In this document: positions 47,877-61,339 of the stretch, in pieces
How the letters are laid out: each line of letters begins with the position of its first letter
Position numbering within the stretch: position 1 is the first letter of the stretch
Source of the DNA: Patellaria atrata CBS 101060
Taxonomy: Eukaryota
Direction of reading: 5' to 3'
DNA length: 64,000 nucleotides
Assembly (NCBI GenBank): GCA_010093705.1
Contig: MU006091.1
Location: 124,001-188,000, forward strand
Notes under the pieces: model-generated
Told to the model about the DNA's origin: nothing
Seen by the model: the letters and a program-made list of their open reading frames with translations, nothing else
Database searches by the model: none
Made by a program: the position numbers and the translations under genes

Positions 47877-49335
47877 TTACTTGCCTTTACCCATTGTCAT
47901 AGCTGTAATAATAGTTAGACCAACGCCGGATCCATCCTCAGCAGACGTCAGTCTAATTGGAGTATCTTCCTCACTCTCCAATTCAAGAACCTCTCGTATT
48001 GCTTGGTCCCAACGAGCCTTGAATTTTGGGCTTCTCTTTACCACTCCCCCATCAGCTGCCACATGACCCTCCTTGATACCTTGCTTTTTACATATAGCTG
48101 CAACACCACAAACACAGAGCCTCGCACCTCGTGTATTGATCATCTCTGCAAGTCGACGAAGGTACCCAGATTCGTTTTCGGATATCGATAGACCTAGTAG
48201 TTCTTCCAGTTCGGTCACTGCTTGGGCAAAAGCTTGACCATCATCGTCCTCAATCTTAGATAGAAAGGCCGTATCAATTGAATAACCTTCGTCTAGACAC
48301 CTGGCATTCTGGTCTTTGAAAAGTAGGCCCCGTGTATGGAGGTCCCGTACCACGAGTCTAAATATCTCTCCCAGATACAGACCGGCGCTCATCTTTTCAA
48401 ATGCTTGCTCACCTGGCTTCGGTGACTGTTCATCCACAATACTGTCATACTTGGTCCGTGGTAAAACGCGGAGCTCATTATCAAACGCGCCGTATTCGCA
48501 ATTGATTGCCATCTTTGCATCTTGGTCATACTCATGGTGCTTGTCCTGGATCTTGCGAATTGATTTCACGTTTTCCATGTAGGCACCATTACAACCTGTA
48601 CCAAAGATTGCACCTATAATGGTATTTGGATCTGCATAAGCTGACGCCATCAGTGCGCCCACAGTGTCGTTAGCAAGTGCAACTAATCTGATCGGTAGGT
48701 CCTACATATATGCGAATTAGAAAGGACAGTGAAGACATATACTCGGAATAGCACAAGTTGTACAGTACCCTTTCCGTCATAGCATCACGTAGCTGCCTAG
48801 CGACATCTTCCCCTTCCACCCCGGAAATCTCGAGACCCTTGGTCCAGGTTTGCAATATGCCATGGTCTATACTATGTTGCGTGGCGGGATAACTGAAAGT
48901 GAATCCTAGGGGAATGGGGTTACGCTCGTGATGGCCGGAAAACGGGTGCTCATCAATAAACTTCCTGAGACTATCCGCAATATAAGACCACAGATCGTAA
49001 GCACTGCTCTTCTTTAGTTCATCCGGAAGTTGGTATTCCTTTTGGGTAAGAGAATGTTGGCCTTTTCCACTAAGTGTTACTTTGCAAACGCGCAGATTGG
49101 TACCACCCAGGTCAAGTGTCAAATACGTCCCTGTTTCGTTGCCTGTCGGGAATCCCTCAACCCAGGTGATATTCATGGGGATAGTCTTGCCATTTGCAGC
49201 AAGTCCTTCTTCCAGTTCTTCAATGAAACGGAGGGTGATCTGCTGGAGCTTCTTTCCGCTGACCCAGAAGAGTTGTTCTAGCTCTTTAATTTCCCGCTCA
49301 AGTTCATTCGAGCTGTACTTGTTGCCCGCAGCCAT
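47877..49335 (-). CDS. Hexokinase; one intron near 48703-48768
   Basis: DLGGTNLRV, LGFTFSYP, WTKG, ANDTVG, GTGCNGAY, NCEYGAFD, FEKMSAGLYLGE, EDGSGVG. Confidence 0.92.
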
Positions 49336-51021
49336 ATTTTTCGAAGATATCTCGCAGAGTGAAGACGGACCAGTTACCTTACCTTTTCTCGGAGGAGTCT
49401 CGCTCCTCGAAGCCTTTTACTCTAGTAGCGAGCTCAAACGTCATAGTTACTCTATCTGTCCATGGCCCCTTGGCATTGAAAATAATTCTCGTGTCCAATT
49501 TCTCAGCATTTGTAGGTGAGTCGATATCTTTCTAACAATATCACTTTGATCCTTATAGGGGTACAGTCCAAGTACTGTACAAGTTTTCGACCTCTCCCTA
49601 GGGACGTATTGCTAGAAGCCCGTTGAGACGAATTGAACCCATTGGCGCATGAGCGGCATATAATAGATTCTACTAGTGATCGCTGAGGATCTATGTAGAA
49701 TACTACAGTATGTCATCCTAATAATATGAGGAGCTTTACTGTTGTTTAGTTTTCATATCCTAATAAACAAAGGTCTGCAAATCCGAAACTCCAGAACTAT
49801 CTGTCTCTAGCCGACATGCATCTTTAATATTTCTGTACTACAAATATCATCTATCCCAATGATTACAGCAGCGACCCGAATTGCTCTTACGTTTCTCTAG
49901 TTGTAGTCGTTACAGTTCTTTCATCCTTGATACACTCATCAGTAACGTGTTCTCGAACTTTTCTATGTAACTTTTAGATTGATCAACGCAAGTCATCATC
50001 AATGCCGAAGAGGCCGACGCGGCAATGCTGCATGCGCGAGAATATCATCAAGGATTCATCAATGCTAAGTAATCCCAGAAGACGGAGACTTAGTTTTGCT
50101 TGTCAATAACAAGAGTTCTCTATGCTTTTCTCCTTCAAGTTCCGATGTCACCAGTTCTAGCGCTTTAGTCGCATCCTCATCCCTCACGGTGGACAGGTAA
50201 TTGAAAACCATTGTCTTTCATGAACCATTATGTGTATACACTTAAATTGTCATCAAAAGTGTAAAACTGTACACAAAAAGGTAAGATAATTTTTTTTAAG
50301 CAGGTTCATATACTTTCAACTACCATGTGCTCCCTTGGAAAAGTATGAAGCATAGAGCGCATTTTTGATTATTTTTTCCTCTCTCGGAGACTCGGACAAG
50401 GATTACTCCCATGGTCCCTTGCAGATGGGATCACTCTGGGGTAGAAAGAAGAAAACCGAGGAAGCTAGGATACTCCAAATGAGAAAACGTGGTTTAGGCC
50501 GGCGAGCAAATATCTAATCGAGGGGGTTGATCTACGGCCAAGTCATATAGATGAAGCTGGACCCCTTCCCGAACACTACCCACAAATGAATATACTACCT
50601 TCAAAAATGTTGACAGCAAGGTACAAAGCTACTTTTTGAGACAACATTCATGTTGTTCTGCTGCACCCCACAATCGTATATACTCTATCGAGGGATATCA
50701 GCCGCCAACGGATATCATCCGCATTTCCTCCAGTCAGAGATAACCCTTTACAGCTCCCCCAGCAAGACTTTATACCAATAATTCTGCTGTTTACAATATA
50801 TCAACCTCGCCATTAATACTAGAATATCTCTTCGGGGACATCGATGGCAATCATCGAGGAACGTGGCACAGCCGCCCCTAGTAGCCGTCCAACGGTTCTG
50901 ACCAGGTTGGTTGAGGAGACAAATATAAGATGATGCGGCCTCTGAAATTCTTCGAAAAGTCCTCCATCTTCATCTTCAGTTTCCAATTGTTACTGCTACC
51001 AGACCTGCTCATCCATTCACG

Positions 51022-51879
51022 ATGATATTTTCTTACCTTCTCCCCTTGGCGGGTCTTTCTACCCTCGTTCTCGGCCAGGCTCAACAATGCGGTATCAATG
51101 GCTACGATCGGGGCCGTAACCCAGCCATTTACTTTGCCGCAAACACTACCGCTCCACAGTGCAAGAACATCTGTGCCATTCTTGAGGGACTCAGCTTCGC
51201 CACAAGCACCGCAGAGGAATGTCTCGTCTACAACGTGACGGTCACCGGCAATGTCATCCCCGTCATCTCGTCTCCCTACACCTTCTACGATGCCCCATGC
51301 GATCTGCTCCCGCCCGAAGAAGTACTAAAAGCCAGGCAAGCCGAGCCATCTTGCAACGTCCTGGGTTATGACAACGGCCTGATCCCAGCGTACTACTACC
51401 TCAATTCAACAGATTCCGCAGAGTGCAAGGCCGCCTGCACCGCCCAGGAGTGCGTTTCATTCGCCAGCGGCGCAGACGAGTGTTTCCTCTACAACATGAC
51501 CGTTACCGACACCGTCGTCGCCATGGACACCTCTCCCTATGCTTTCTACGACGCCGCCTGCGAAGTCCCAGCGACTCCGCCGACAGGCGTAGCTCGTCGA
51601 CAGGTAGCGCCGCTGTGTGCACAGCCAGGATGGGACAAAGGCGGCGACGTTGTCGCGTATGGCTACTACTCTGGCATCACTATTGAGACCTGCAAGACGG
51701 CATGCGTCAGCCGGACGTGCGGCAGCTTTGCGTACGGGTCTAACACCTGCTACCTTTACAATAGCACCGTTACGGATACGATTAATTTCGATCCCACCAG
51801 CCCGATCAACTTCTATGATCCCGCTTGCGACGTTATGACGCCAGCTCCGTCACCGACTCCCGTGACTCCCCCCGCATAA
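51022..51879 (+). CDS. Secreted protein with three tandem PAN/Apple-like Cys-rich modules
   Basis: Signal peptide; three repeats of C...G[YW]D.G...CK..C....C.SFA.....C.LYN.TVT.......SP..FYD..C. Confidence 0.82.
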   Translation: MIFSYLLPLAGLSTLVLGQAQQCGINGYDRGRNPAIYFAANTTAPQCKNICAILEGLSFATSTAEECLVYNVTVTGNVIPVISSPYTFYDAPCDLLPPEEVLKARQAEPSCNVLGYDNGLIPAYYYLNSTDSAECKAACTAQECVSFASGADECFLYNMTVTDTVVAMDTSPYAFYDAACEVPATPPTGVARRQVAPLCAQPGWDKGGDVVAYGYYSGITIETCKTACVSRTCGSFAYGSNTCYLYNSTVTDTINFDPTSPINFYDPACDVMTPAPSPTPVTPPA

Positions 51880-52574
51880 GGGAGTTTGATGGATGATGAT
51901 GATGGTATGCGTAGATGTGAAGCAAAAGTAGGGTAAATAAAAGTTAAATGCTTCCCAAAGAAATAGGGTTAAGGAGAAAATCGATAAAATGAATAAATTA
52001 GTCGTTAGAATTAACTCTTTTCATGTGACTTCGCGCTCCTAACTCAATATGGGATGGATGTGCCGCGTCCGATTTTACCTTCTGTGATTGAAAGCAAAGA
52101 GGTAAACATGACAGGTCAAATGGATTCAGTTTCGTTTCGTGTGAGCTTTAAAAGATCACTGGTGGGTCTTTACTACCAAACACTAATAAATATCCAATCC
52201 CATATAAGAGATTGGGGCTCACAGGATACTCTATGGGGACCTTGGACACGCTCCCTTATCGACTCATTGTCATTCTTATAATACACTGTTCATATAAGAA
52301 TAACCTCAATTGAGTTGTACAGATTCTTGGAAAGCGACAAAACAAAATTATTCCAGTATTTGTAAAAGTACAGCACTATGCTGCACAGCAAGCGTATAGT
52401 AAACGAGGAATGCCGGCCACAACGAAGGGAGGGACTATTCGATCTAAGCGCAATTGCTTGATGGGCATTCTTGTTTGGTTGAATGTTATTGCACGCTATG
52501 ATGTAGGATATGAAATGATCGCTCGCAGCATTATCGTGATGTGAATTCCAGGTGAGGAAGGAGAAAATCCCTAT

Positions 52575-53625
52575 TCAATCACCGATAGCTATCGCTCCGA
52601 AACCCTCAAGGACCTTGATTATGATCTTTCCTTTCGCTCTGCCCGTCTTAAGCCTCTGAATCGCTTTCACTGCGTCCGAGAACTGAAATACATCTTCAAC
52701 AACCACAAAGAATTCTCCATGCTCCGCCATCACGGCGACTTTCTCCATGTCCTTGCGGCTAGTCTTGCAAATCAGGAACTGAAACCGTCGTTTACCTCCA
52801 CCAAGAAACGACGGTAGTAGGTAATTCTTTGCCGAATTGATGTTCTGGCTGAATGTTGCCGATGCAATCTGAATATATCTTCCGGCCGGTTTCATATACG
52901 GATGCGATTTCTTGTACAGGTCAAGCGGTGAGCCCACATTGTCGACGACAAGATCGTACACCTGCCCCTCATCCACGAGCGATTTGGTTACATCATAGAT
53001 CCTATAGTCTATCACGGCGTCTGCGCCCAGCTCCTCGCAAATCTCGACGTTGGCCGTGGAGCACGTTGTTGTGACGGTGCATTCGATAGCTTTTGAGATT
53101 TGGATTCCGAATGTACCCGTCCCCCCGAGCCTCCGTTGATGAAGACATTGCAGCCGGCGCTCACGAAAGGTACTATACATTGATAGGCGGTCAATGCCGC
53201 TGTCCCAAGTCCAGGTGCTTGGATCGGGTCTAGGCTGGGCGGAGCGTGACAGCATACTGAAGCGTCGGCGACGGTGTATTGAGCTAAAGCGCCGAACTTC
53301 TTTAGGTTCGGATGCTTTCCGAATACCATGTTTCCAAGTCTGAAATCATCGACACTTGAACCTGTTGCGGCAACGGGGCCGTAGAAATTCATTCCAGGCG
53401 ACGCCGGGAGGGTTAGCATCATGTTAGCGATGAGGGTAAATTCTGCAATCTTCACATCAGCAGGATTGAGAGCCATGGTGGCGACCTCGACAATCAACTC
53501 ATTCTTTTGGGGGAAGGTGGTGTTTTGACAGTGTCGAGAAAGAGCTTCTTCTCCAGTGGACCCCTTGTTGATTTGAATCGCCATGCCTGCATTGTGGCCG
53601 GTAATCCAGTCGGTTGTGGAGACAT
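52575..53625 (-). pseudogene. MDR/quinone-oxidoreductase-like (zinc-binding dehydrogenase family) gene broken by two 1-bp frameshifts
   Basis: MSPQPTGLPATMQAWRF...LEKKLFL, shift near 53505-53513, ALNPADVK...VFINGGSGG, shift near 53121-53126, TGTFGIQISKA...GRAKGKIII. Confidence 0.8.
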
Positions 53626-54287
53626 GGTGGAGGCTTGTGTATAGTATGTTATTTAAAGTAACTTGGATACTCCTAGTTGTAGGGACCCTTTGTTGCGAGA
53701 GTATAACACTGAGTGATATGACAAACCGGATGGACGTGATGCACAATGAAACTTCCAGGTAAGATGCACGCGTAATCTGTTTTCGCTTAGTGCTTGATCG
53801 CTTGCATTAGGAATAGTAGGGGCGATGGAAAGCAAATGGAAGGATTTACCTGCGCTCAAAATACCTTTTATAAAACAGCAAAGTCGAGAAAGGATCGATT
53901 TGGAGCTATCTGAATAAACATGTAGTTTAGAGACTTAGGGTATATCGCAAAGAAAACGTAGAACAGCGTACGAAAAGCTTATTCCGAACCGTACTCCAGC
54001 AAGTAGTCAGCACAAGACTAAGAAGACGCAAGACCCAAAGATCATTCATTGCCGCCTCCTTATATGATATTATCCTCCGTCAAGGAGGGGAATGGTATTT
54101 CCTCATTCGAATCTGCCATGTACTGCAACGCGCGGTAACCCCTGCTCTCAAGCAGTACTAATGATGTACGTTGTGCGTGCGATTTTCGAGCGTTCATTAA
54201 GACGTGGTTGGTTTGTCCTGGTCCTTGAAGGGAATTGAGAGAACGAAAAGGAGTACGGAGGAGGAGTCGTAGGAACCAGCCCTACTT

Positions 54288-56467
54288 TCATGTCTTTCGC
54301 CCAAATTTTCTCTCTACTTCTTCGACCGCAGCCCTAGTCCCATCTTCTTTTTCGCTCTCCAGGCGGGCCCTGATGTCTCGAACGAGCGCTTTTGCATCTT
54401 CTACTTCAACACCGTCTTGACACAGTTCGTTCGCAAGTTCCATGCTCCTTTGATATCCACCTCTCATAAACTCCCATCGTGCCAACCACATTCTTGCTTT
54501 GCTAGTCGTAGGCGTAACTCCGACACCACCCCGCTCATTTCCACCACCCAGGAGATCGTCTTCTTCAGGACCCTCTTCCTGGGATAGTACAAGCTCCATA
54601 TATGCTGCACATTCTTCGCGGTCGTCTAAGCGTTCGTAGAGCAGCGCTATCGCGTACAGTGTCTCGGGGTCCAGAATTCCTCCGCCGAATCCTTCACTTC
54701 CAAAGCTATTCCCAGTACCGCCATCATAATAACTCCCTGCTACAAGTGCTCGTTTGTATGCCCTGATGCCGTTCATGAGCTTACCCACTTTACCAAAGCA
54801 GCTACCCACTGCCTGCCACATTTTCGGGTCGTAAGGTCGGAGACTGGCCGCACGTTGATAATAGAACAGTGCGTAACTGTGCATTTCGAGTACTTTTTGA
54901 AGTTAGTAAATTTCAGAGTAAATATGAAGTCTTCCTACCTTCGTAAGTCTGACCTAGCCCGTACCAAGCCCGATAGTCTTTCCTGTTAACATCAACAGCT
55001 CGTCTATAACTTTCGATTGCAGCATGCGTGTTCTTCATCTCTACGTACTCATGGCCCATAAGAGTCCATGCAGACAAGAAATTACGGTCAAGCGTGAGAG
55101 CACGACGAAAGTACATAACCGCTTTTTCGTGTTCCGACTTCAAAGAGTAGTAGTTGCCTACGACACAGCATGTCTCGGGTCGAAACTTGTCAGTAGTGGT
55201 TGCGAGCTGTGCGACAAATGCAAGCTTCGGTCGTAGTTCCATCACATAAAGAATGTTAGAATAGTTATCGAGAGAGTCAATGCGATGGGGATCGGACTGT
55301 AGTAACTGCGAAAATATCGATTCCGCTTCGTCATAATCTTTTGAATGGTAAAATAACAAAGCTCGCTGGGTCTTGAGGAAAGCGCTATCTGGGAAGATAT
55401 TTTGAATTTGCGTAAGCTCATTGTGAACTTGCTCTGTGGACTGATACAGCTCTTGGCTGCTGTAAACATGGAATATAAAGGTCATGATGTTTTGTGGCAA
55501 CTGCTCTGTAAGTAAAGAAAGCTTTTGGCATATTAGCAATGAGTCCAATCGCATTTTCGACCGATGTTATGAAATGCTTACCTCCTCAACTGTACTTATT
55601 AAAGAAGACAACTCTAACCAGGCCCCCCAGTTGTATGGGTAGAGATGGACGCTCCGTACGAACCACTTCTTTGCAAGGTCTTCATTCTTGCTCTTTGCTA
55701 GAATGGTTCCATACAAATACTCCAACCAGCCGTCGCCCTCTAGTCCTCGAGAATGACGATTACTGAACCATTCTTCAAGAGTCAAAGAAATTCCATTAAG
55801 TTCCTTATTGATGGTTACGCCACCATCTTGAGGTCCTAGAATCATCTCGCTTTCTTCATCCTTACGCTTTTCGCCCGCCATATATCTCCCATAAAGTGCT
55901 AGGAACAGGGCCTTCTGACTAAGGCTATTTATACTCTCTGAAGTTGAAGATGAAGCCTTCGGGGTCGTAGAAGCCTTTCCTTTCCCTTTACTACCTAATT
56001 TCGACTTTGCCGAGGAGTGTGGAGACGTAGGGTTCGGGATGGCTTGCCCTTTTGGCAGGGTTTTCGGTAGGAAGACGGAAGCACACCGATCGAACTCCCT
56101 GCAATCAAAAAAGGTCTTTGCAAGCAAATATCTCTTCATCTCTTTTTGTTCTAGCTTCCTTTCATTTAGGTCTCCGTTGAGGCCTCTTTCGGGCGTCGGA
56201 GTAACAGGTTGGTGTTCAGACGTAGGAGAGTCGATGTCCGTATCCGAACCATACCCCGGCGGTTCTTCAACACTGGAAGTTGGTAGAGCATTCAGAAGTT
56301 CGGCTACCCTAAGTGTGACGGGTCAACGGTTGCGTATCCTATTGAACATTCGTGTAGAACACTTACCATTTGGCTCCTTGGTACAGACAACGATCCGTGC
56401 AAGCAATTGTGGCAGTTTGTAAGTGCAGTTGCAATTGCAAAAGCTCGGACTTCGCAAGACCTGTCAT
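54288..56467 (-). CDS. CDC23: Anaphase-promoting complex subunit 8 (TPR protein), multi-exon
   Basis: [73 protein letters not shown]. Confidence 0.95.
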
Positions 56468-56931
56468 AGCTAGATTTCCAAAGGATACACAAGAAGTTTT
56501 CTGTGAGAGCTTGGTTGGTAATTCCCCCGATCTCTAGGTGTGAACAGACTTCCTGGGACATCTAGAGTAACGCTGTAGTCCGTGGGAGTCGATGTGGAAA
56601 CGTCTTCACTACTTGTAAAAGACAAGTAGAGGTATATCACGGCCGTACAATATGCTGAGCGGTTCGAATTGGTCCTCCCGCTTCTTTGTCCTCACGTCGT
56701 ACTTGTAGCCAATTGTATAAGTAACTGTTACCCTATGTCGCGTCAAAAGATTACTCGCGTAGTACGGACTAGAAAGGAGGGGTCACACGCGTGCACGAGT
56801 CAGTAACCAAACACTCCCCCAAATGTTTTGATCTTTGCATATAAAACCTATATCCCAGCTCTCATCTTCTACGGTAATCCTTCGAAATCATTGACTTCAC
56901 AAAACCTATCTCAGCTACTTCACCAATCAAC

Positions 56932-58037
56932 ATGCCAACGACATTGAAGGAATTCGAGTCCGTCTGGCCTCAATTGGTGGAGGCTTTGGCGGACCATTGC
57001 AGGCAATACAAGCTGCCAGATAATGCATTGAAGTGGTTTACAGAGGTAATATCTCTTATATTGAGCTGTCTACCTTTCATTGAAGCTTCATATTTGAACT
57101 AACTAGCTTTAAGTCACTAAATCACAACACTGCGGGTGGAAAATGCAATCGCGGAATGTCCGTTGTTGATACTTCTTCACTCCTCCTCAACCGAATGCTA
57201 AGTAAGGAGGAATACTTCCGCTCTGCAGCTTTAGGGTGGATGATCGAGCTACTACAAGCGTTCTTCCTCGTCTCGGATGACATCATGGACAGCTCAAAAA
57301 CTCGCAGGGGAAGCCCGTGCTGGTATCTCATGCCAAATGTAGGCATGATTGCGATAAACGACGCCTTCATGCTCGAGGCTTCCATCTATGTCCTACTCAA
57401 GAAATATTTCCGGGAAGACAAGAACTATGTGGAGATCATGGAGACTTTCCACGAAGTCACTTTCCAGACGGAACTTGGCCAAAACTGTGACCTCCTCACT
57501 GCCCCTGAAGACAAGGTCGACCTCACCAACTTCAACTTGCAAAAACACTCCTTCATCGTCATCTTCAAGACCGCCTATTATAGTTTCTACCTGCCCGTGG
57601 CTCTTGCTCTTTACTTCTGTGATGTCGCCACGCCTAAGAACCTACAGCAAGCGAAAGATATTCTCATCCCGATGGGCGAGTATTTTCAGATCCAGGATGA
57701 CTACCTCGACAACTTTGCTGACCCAAAAACGCTTGGCAAGATTGGCACGGATATCCAGGACAACAAATGCTCCTGGCTGATCTGTCAGGCCTTGAAGGTA
57801 GCTTCACCTGAGCAGAGAGAGGTGCTCGATAAGAATTACGGTCGGAAGGATAAGGCTTGCGAAGCGGAAGTCAAAGCGGTGTTCAACGACCTCAAACTTG
57901 AGCAAGTTTATCAAGAGTATGAGGAAGAAGCTGTGGGCCGTCTTCGACGAATGATTGCCCAGGTTGACGAATCGGAAGGGTTAAAGAAGGAGGTTTTCGA
58001 GGAGTTCCTCCGCAAAATCTATAAGCGTAGCAAATGA
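56932..58037 (+). CDS. ERG20: Farnesyl diphosphate synthase; intron 57046-57113
   Basis: [54 protein letters not shown]. Confidence 0.96.
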
Positions 58038-59082
58038 ACGGATTCTTCTCTCTCCGTCAAGCTACTTTCTGCGTAGATAGAATTTTTTTTATATCAGCGT
58101 TAGAGTATGGATACCCTGAAAGAATGAACGGTCTCAGACTTACACTTTAATATTCGTGTGTGACAAGATAAGTCGACAGTTCTACAACGAAATTTCATCA
58201 CTAGATTGAGAACTTACTTCTCTCCAAGTCGCTGGTATAACATCATATAAAGGGGAGAACGCATAAACATACCCCTTCGCTTTCTTCACCGCGTCTTTTC
58301 AGGGAAGAGACTTTGGTACCGTCCTAATACGAGCAAAGATGTTTGAATAATTTTTCTCTGACTAGCTGATGTAGGATACGCATTTGATGATTTCAGTATT
58401 TACACAAGAAGCCAAGATCCATACTGTTGTACTGACAATTCTCCACTTATGAGTGCATGCTGCGGATGATTATACTACAAAGAAGTTTTCCCGCATTTCC
58501 GGCGTGAGTGCACAGAGTACAGGTGTATCCCTCCATCCTACGTTAAACCCCCGCTCTGTTTAAAGTTAGAAATTGTATTGAGCGGCTGTGGATCACTTTC
58601 TATCTTAAAAGTAGATTATGTAGTATAGAGGGCGCACCGTCTCGAGGCGTATAGATAAATAGTTGTGAATAAGGTTCTATGTTCACATCTTGCTTGTATC
58701 CCTTAGTCCTAGTAATATAGATAGATGGGGTCCCCAAATGGGAGCCATAAAGTCGAAACTGCGGTCTCCAATAGATGTTTCATATTTCTGTCCAGGTACC
58801 ATACTGTGTGATGCGAGAGGAATCCCTCAAGAATGCTTCATTCTATTTCCATTGAGACAGAAGAGCACGATTGCAAAATCCGACAAAGTACAAATGCTTG
58901 ACTAATTACTTTGTTACGTCGGATAACGATATTATAAAAGCTTTGTGCTTATCGTAAGCAGGACGCACACCAGTTAGTATGTGCTGAAGACTTTTTTTGT
59001 CGTGAAACAGACGCCATATGGGTATACCAAGAACCTCGAACACTTGGCCGTAGTTTTGCGGAAATAAAAAGATACCGAATAC

Positions 59083-60049
59083 TCACTCTCGTCTTGTTCC
59101 CCTTTGTGGACAATTTGCTTTTCGATGGCCCCTTTTTCCGCATCCATAGCACTCCATATTGGTAGTAGAACCGCTAAGGGGGACACGGGGGATATGGCTA
59201 TGGCCAGATATGGATGTGAGCGTGTTGAGCTTTATCTCCTTCTTCCGGCGTGCGTCCGCCATCTTTTCTATCTCCGCCTTTGCAGCTTTCTTTTTCGCTT
59301 TCCGCTCAGCACGGAGTTTCTCACCAACTTCAGTATGTGCTCGCTTGACAAGGCCTGAGCCCGTGGTTTCTCCTTCTTCTCCGTCATCTTCTTCTGATTC
59401 TTCGCCATCCGATTCAGAATCAGAGGAAGAAGAAGAAGAAGAGGCCCGGTACTGCTTTTTCTAATTTCGAATAGTAGATAGTCAGAACATTCCCAGAAGC
59501 ATGGGTGAAGCCTACATAGTGATTATACTCACCTCTAATGCTTTATTGAACTTTCCAAAACTCCTTCTTCCTTCTAACCCCGACGTTCTGGGGATATTTT
59601 CATGATCATAACCGTAAGAATCATGTATTGTTCCATCGATGGCCGCATACCCCGCAGTGACAACCTGTAGCCCGGCTTTGGGAGACTCGTCAGGTTCTTG
59701 GAAGCTCAGCACCCACCGTGTCTCTCCTGACTCGACAGCCTGGCGCTCCACTGCTTGTGACCGCTTGAGCTCTTCCGCTGCGACCGCGGTCTGCACTGCG
59801 TCGTAGTGAGAAGTCGTACCTGTGGGCGCGCCAGTGCCATTCGATAGACGGATGCGTTTCGAGGGTGGTCCTGCAGGGGTCGACGGCGACCTTGACGATG
59901 GAGAGGTCGTAGATGCGGCGCTACGTTGCATGAACTGAATTGGTAGTATGTATGTTAGATTGAAATCTCCCACAATGCGCTGATATATTGACCTTCATAT
60001 TGAGTAACCTCGAAGACATCGTCTTCGAGGACTGTGCGGATGACGCCAT
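59083..60049 (-). CDS. MPP6-like nuclear protein with a C-terminal CCHC zinc knuckle; 3 exons
   Basis: MSSRLLNMK/FMQR and GRRSFGKFNKALE motifs; last exon is acidic/basic and ends CYGCGKRGHRKANCP. Confidence 0.7.
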
Positions 60050-60305
60050 GAGCGCCTTACAACTTTTAAAGTAGCACGTTTAGAGTCGATTAACAAGTTG
60101 CGATCTAGAGATTGGATTTCGGTAATATAAGGAGTTGTGGGAAGAAGTTTGTACCGTATTGAATCTAGTAGGAGAAAGTTATACCCGACAATGGAAGCCC
60201 TGTATAAGATGACGCACAGACCATGCGTCAAGCTTCGACCTCACTTCGACCTCATCTCCGAGCGCAACTTCACAACTTCAAATTGAGTATCGTACGGGAC
60301 ATAAA

Positions 60306-61079
60306 ATGTTCACCTCTTTCCGCAGTGGCCTCCAAAGAGGTGTGCGGATTCCACTATCATCTTCTCGTCTCCGTAACTACGCCACAAATCGCGGTTCCAA
60401 CGCCGAACTTGACGGAGGTCCCGCCAATGACCCAAATCCTAAAGCGCCCGTACCTAACGTCTCAGAGACAAACGCAGTTCCAACGAGCTCGGAAGGATCC
60501 TTTGATAAAACACTACAAGAATCAGTGCCAGATGGCGAGAGAATGCGAGTAATGCAAGCACCCAATCGAAAAGGTATTTGGAGCCGCAACCAGCAACCTA
60601 GGGAGAAGGCAATGGTGGGACCAAGGTTTGAACAGACAATTATGGAGGACCAGGTCAGTGGACTGTTGGTTTTGTTCTAACCTGGGGTTAGGATTGAGGT
60701 GGTACTGATAAAAATCTTTCCTATAGCCACGCCCGTACGCGGCGATTGATCTCATCCACAAACAACCTGTTCGATGGACCAAGGATCGGATTGTTGCTTG
60801 TGATGGTGGAGGAGGGCCGTTGGGCCATCCTAGGATCTTCATCAACACTGATAAACCGGATATCTGCTGGTGCACCTATTGCGGAGTACCATATGTGGGT
60901 GTTTCTTGAACGCCAATCCCGAATCAATCACTCACGAAGAACTATTGCAGGCACACGAACATCATAGAGCACATCTCGAGTCCCTTCCTTCAACAACCTA
61001 TCCCCTTGCACCGACTGGAGACCCGGTGGAAGTCTCAGAATCGCAACGCATCACAAATGAGCCATTGGGCCAGCGATAA
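60306..61079 (+). CDS. NDUFS6: Complex I zinc-finger (zf-CHCC) accessory subunit; 3 exons
   Basis: Presequence; QAPNRKGIWSRNQQPR..AM.GPRFEQT; CDGGGGPLGHPRIFINTDKP....C.YCG. Confidence 0.9.
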
Positions 61080-61339
61080 CTACACAAATAGAGACCACGT
61101 ATGTCAATACTGGGATTGTAAATATACCGAATGAATCTTTTTCCACGTTCAACTTCAACTACATATTGTGCAGATGACCACCTCCTCACGCCTCCCATCA
61201 TGCAACTTGGCCATAAAGTTTGATGGTCTACGGATGATCTCCCACAGGGGACTCGAACGTAGAGGTGTATATTAGTCACATCCAGTCTACCAACTATGGG
61301 ATCATTTCCATGTTATCGCCAGGACAAGCAATCTGGATA

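Noticed and set aside
56932..58037. FPP synthase as the core of a terpene biosynthetic cluster
   Set aside because: Neighbours are housekeeping genes (CDC23, MPP6-like, NDUFS6); no cyclase, P450 or transporter
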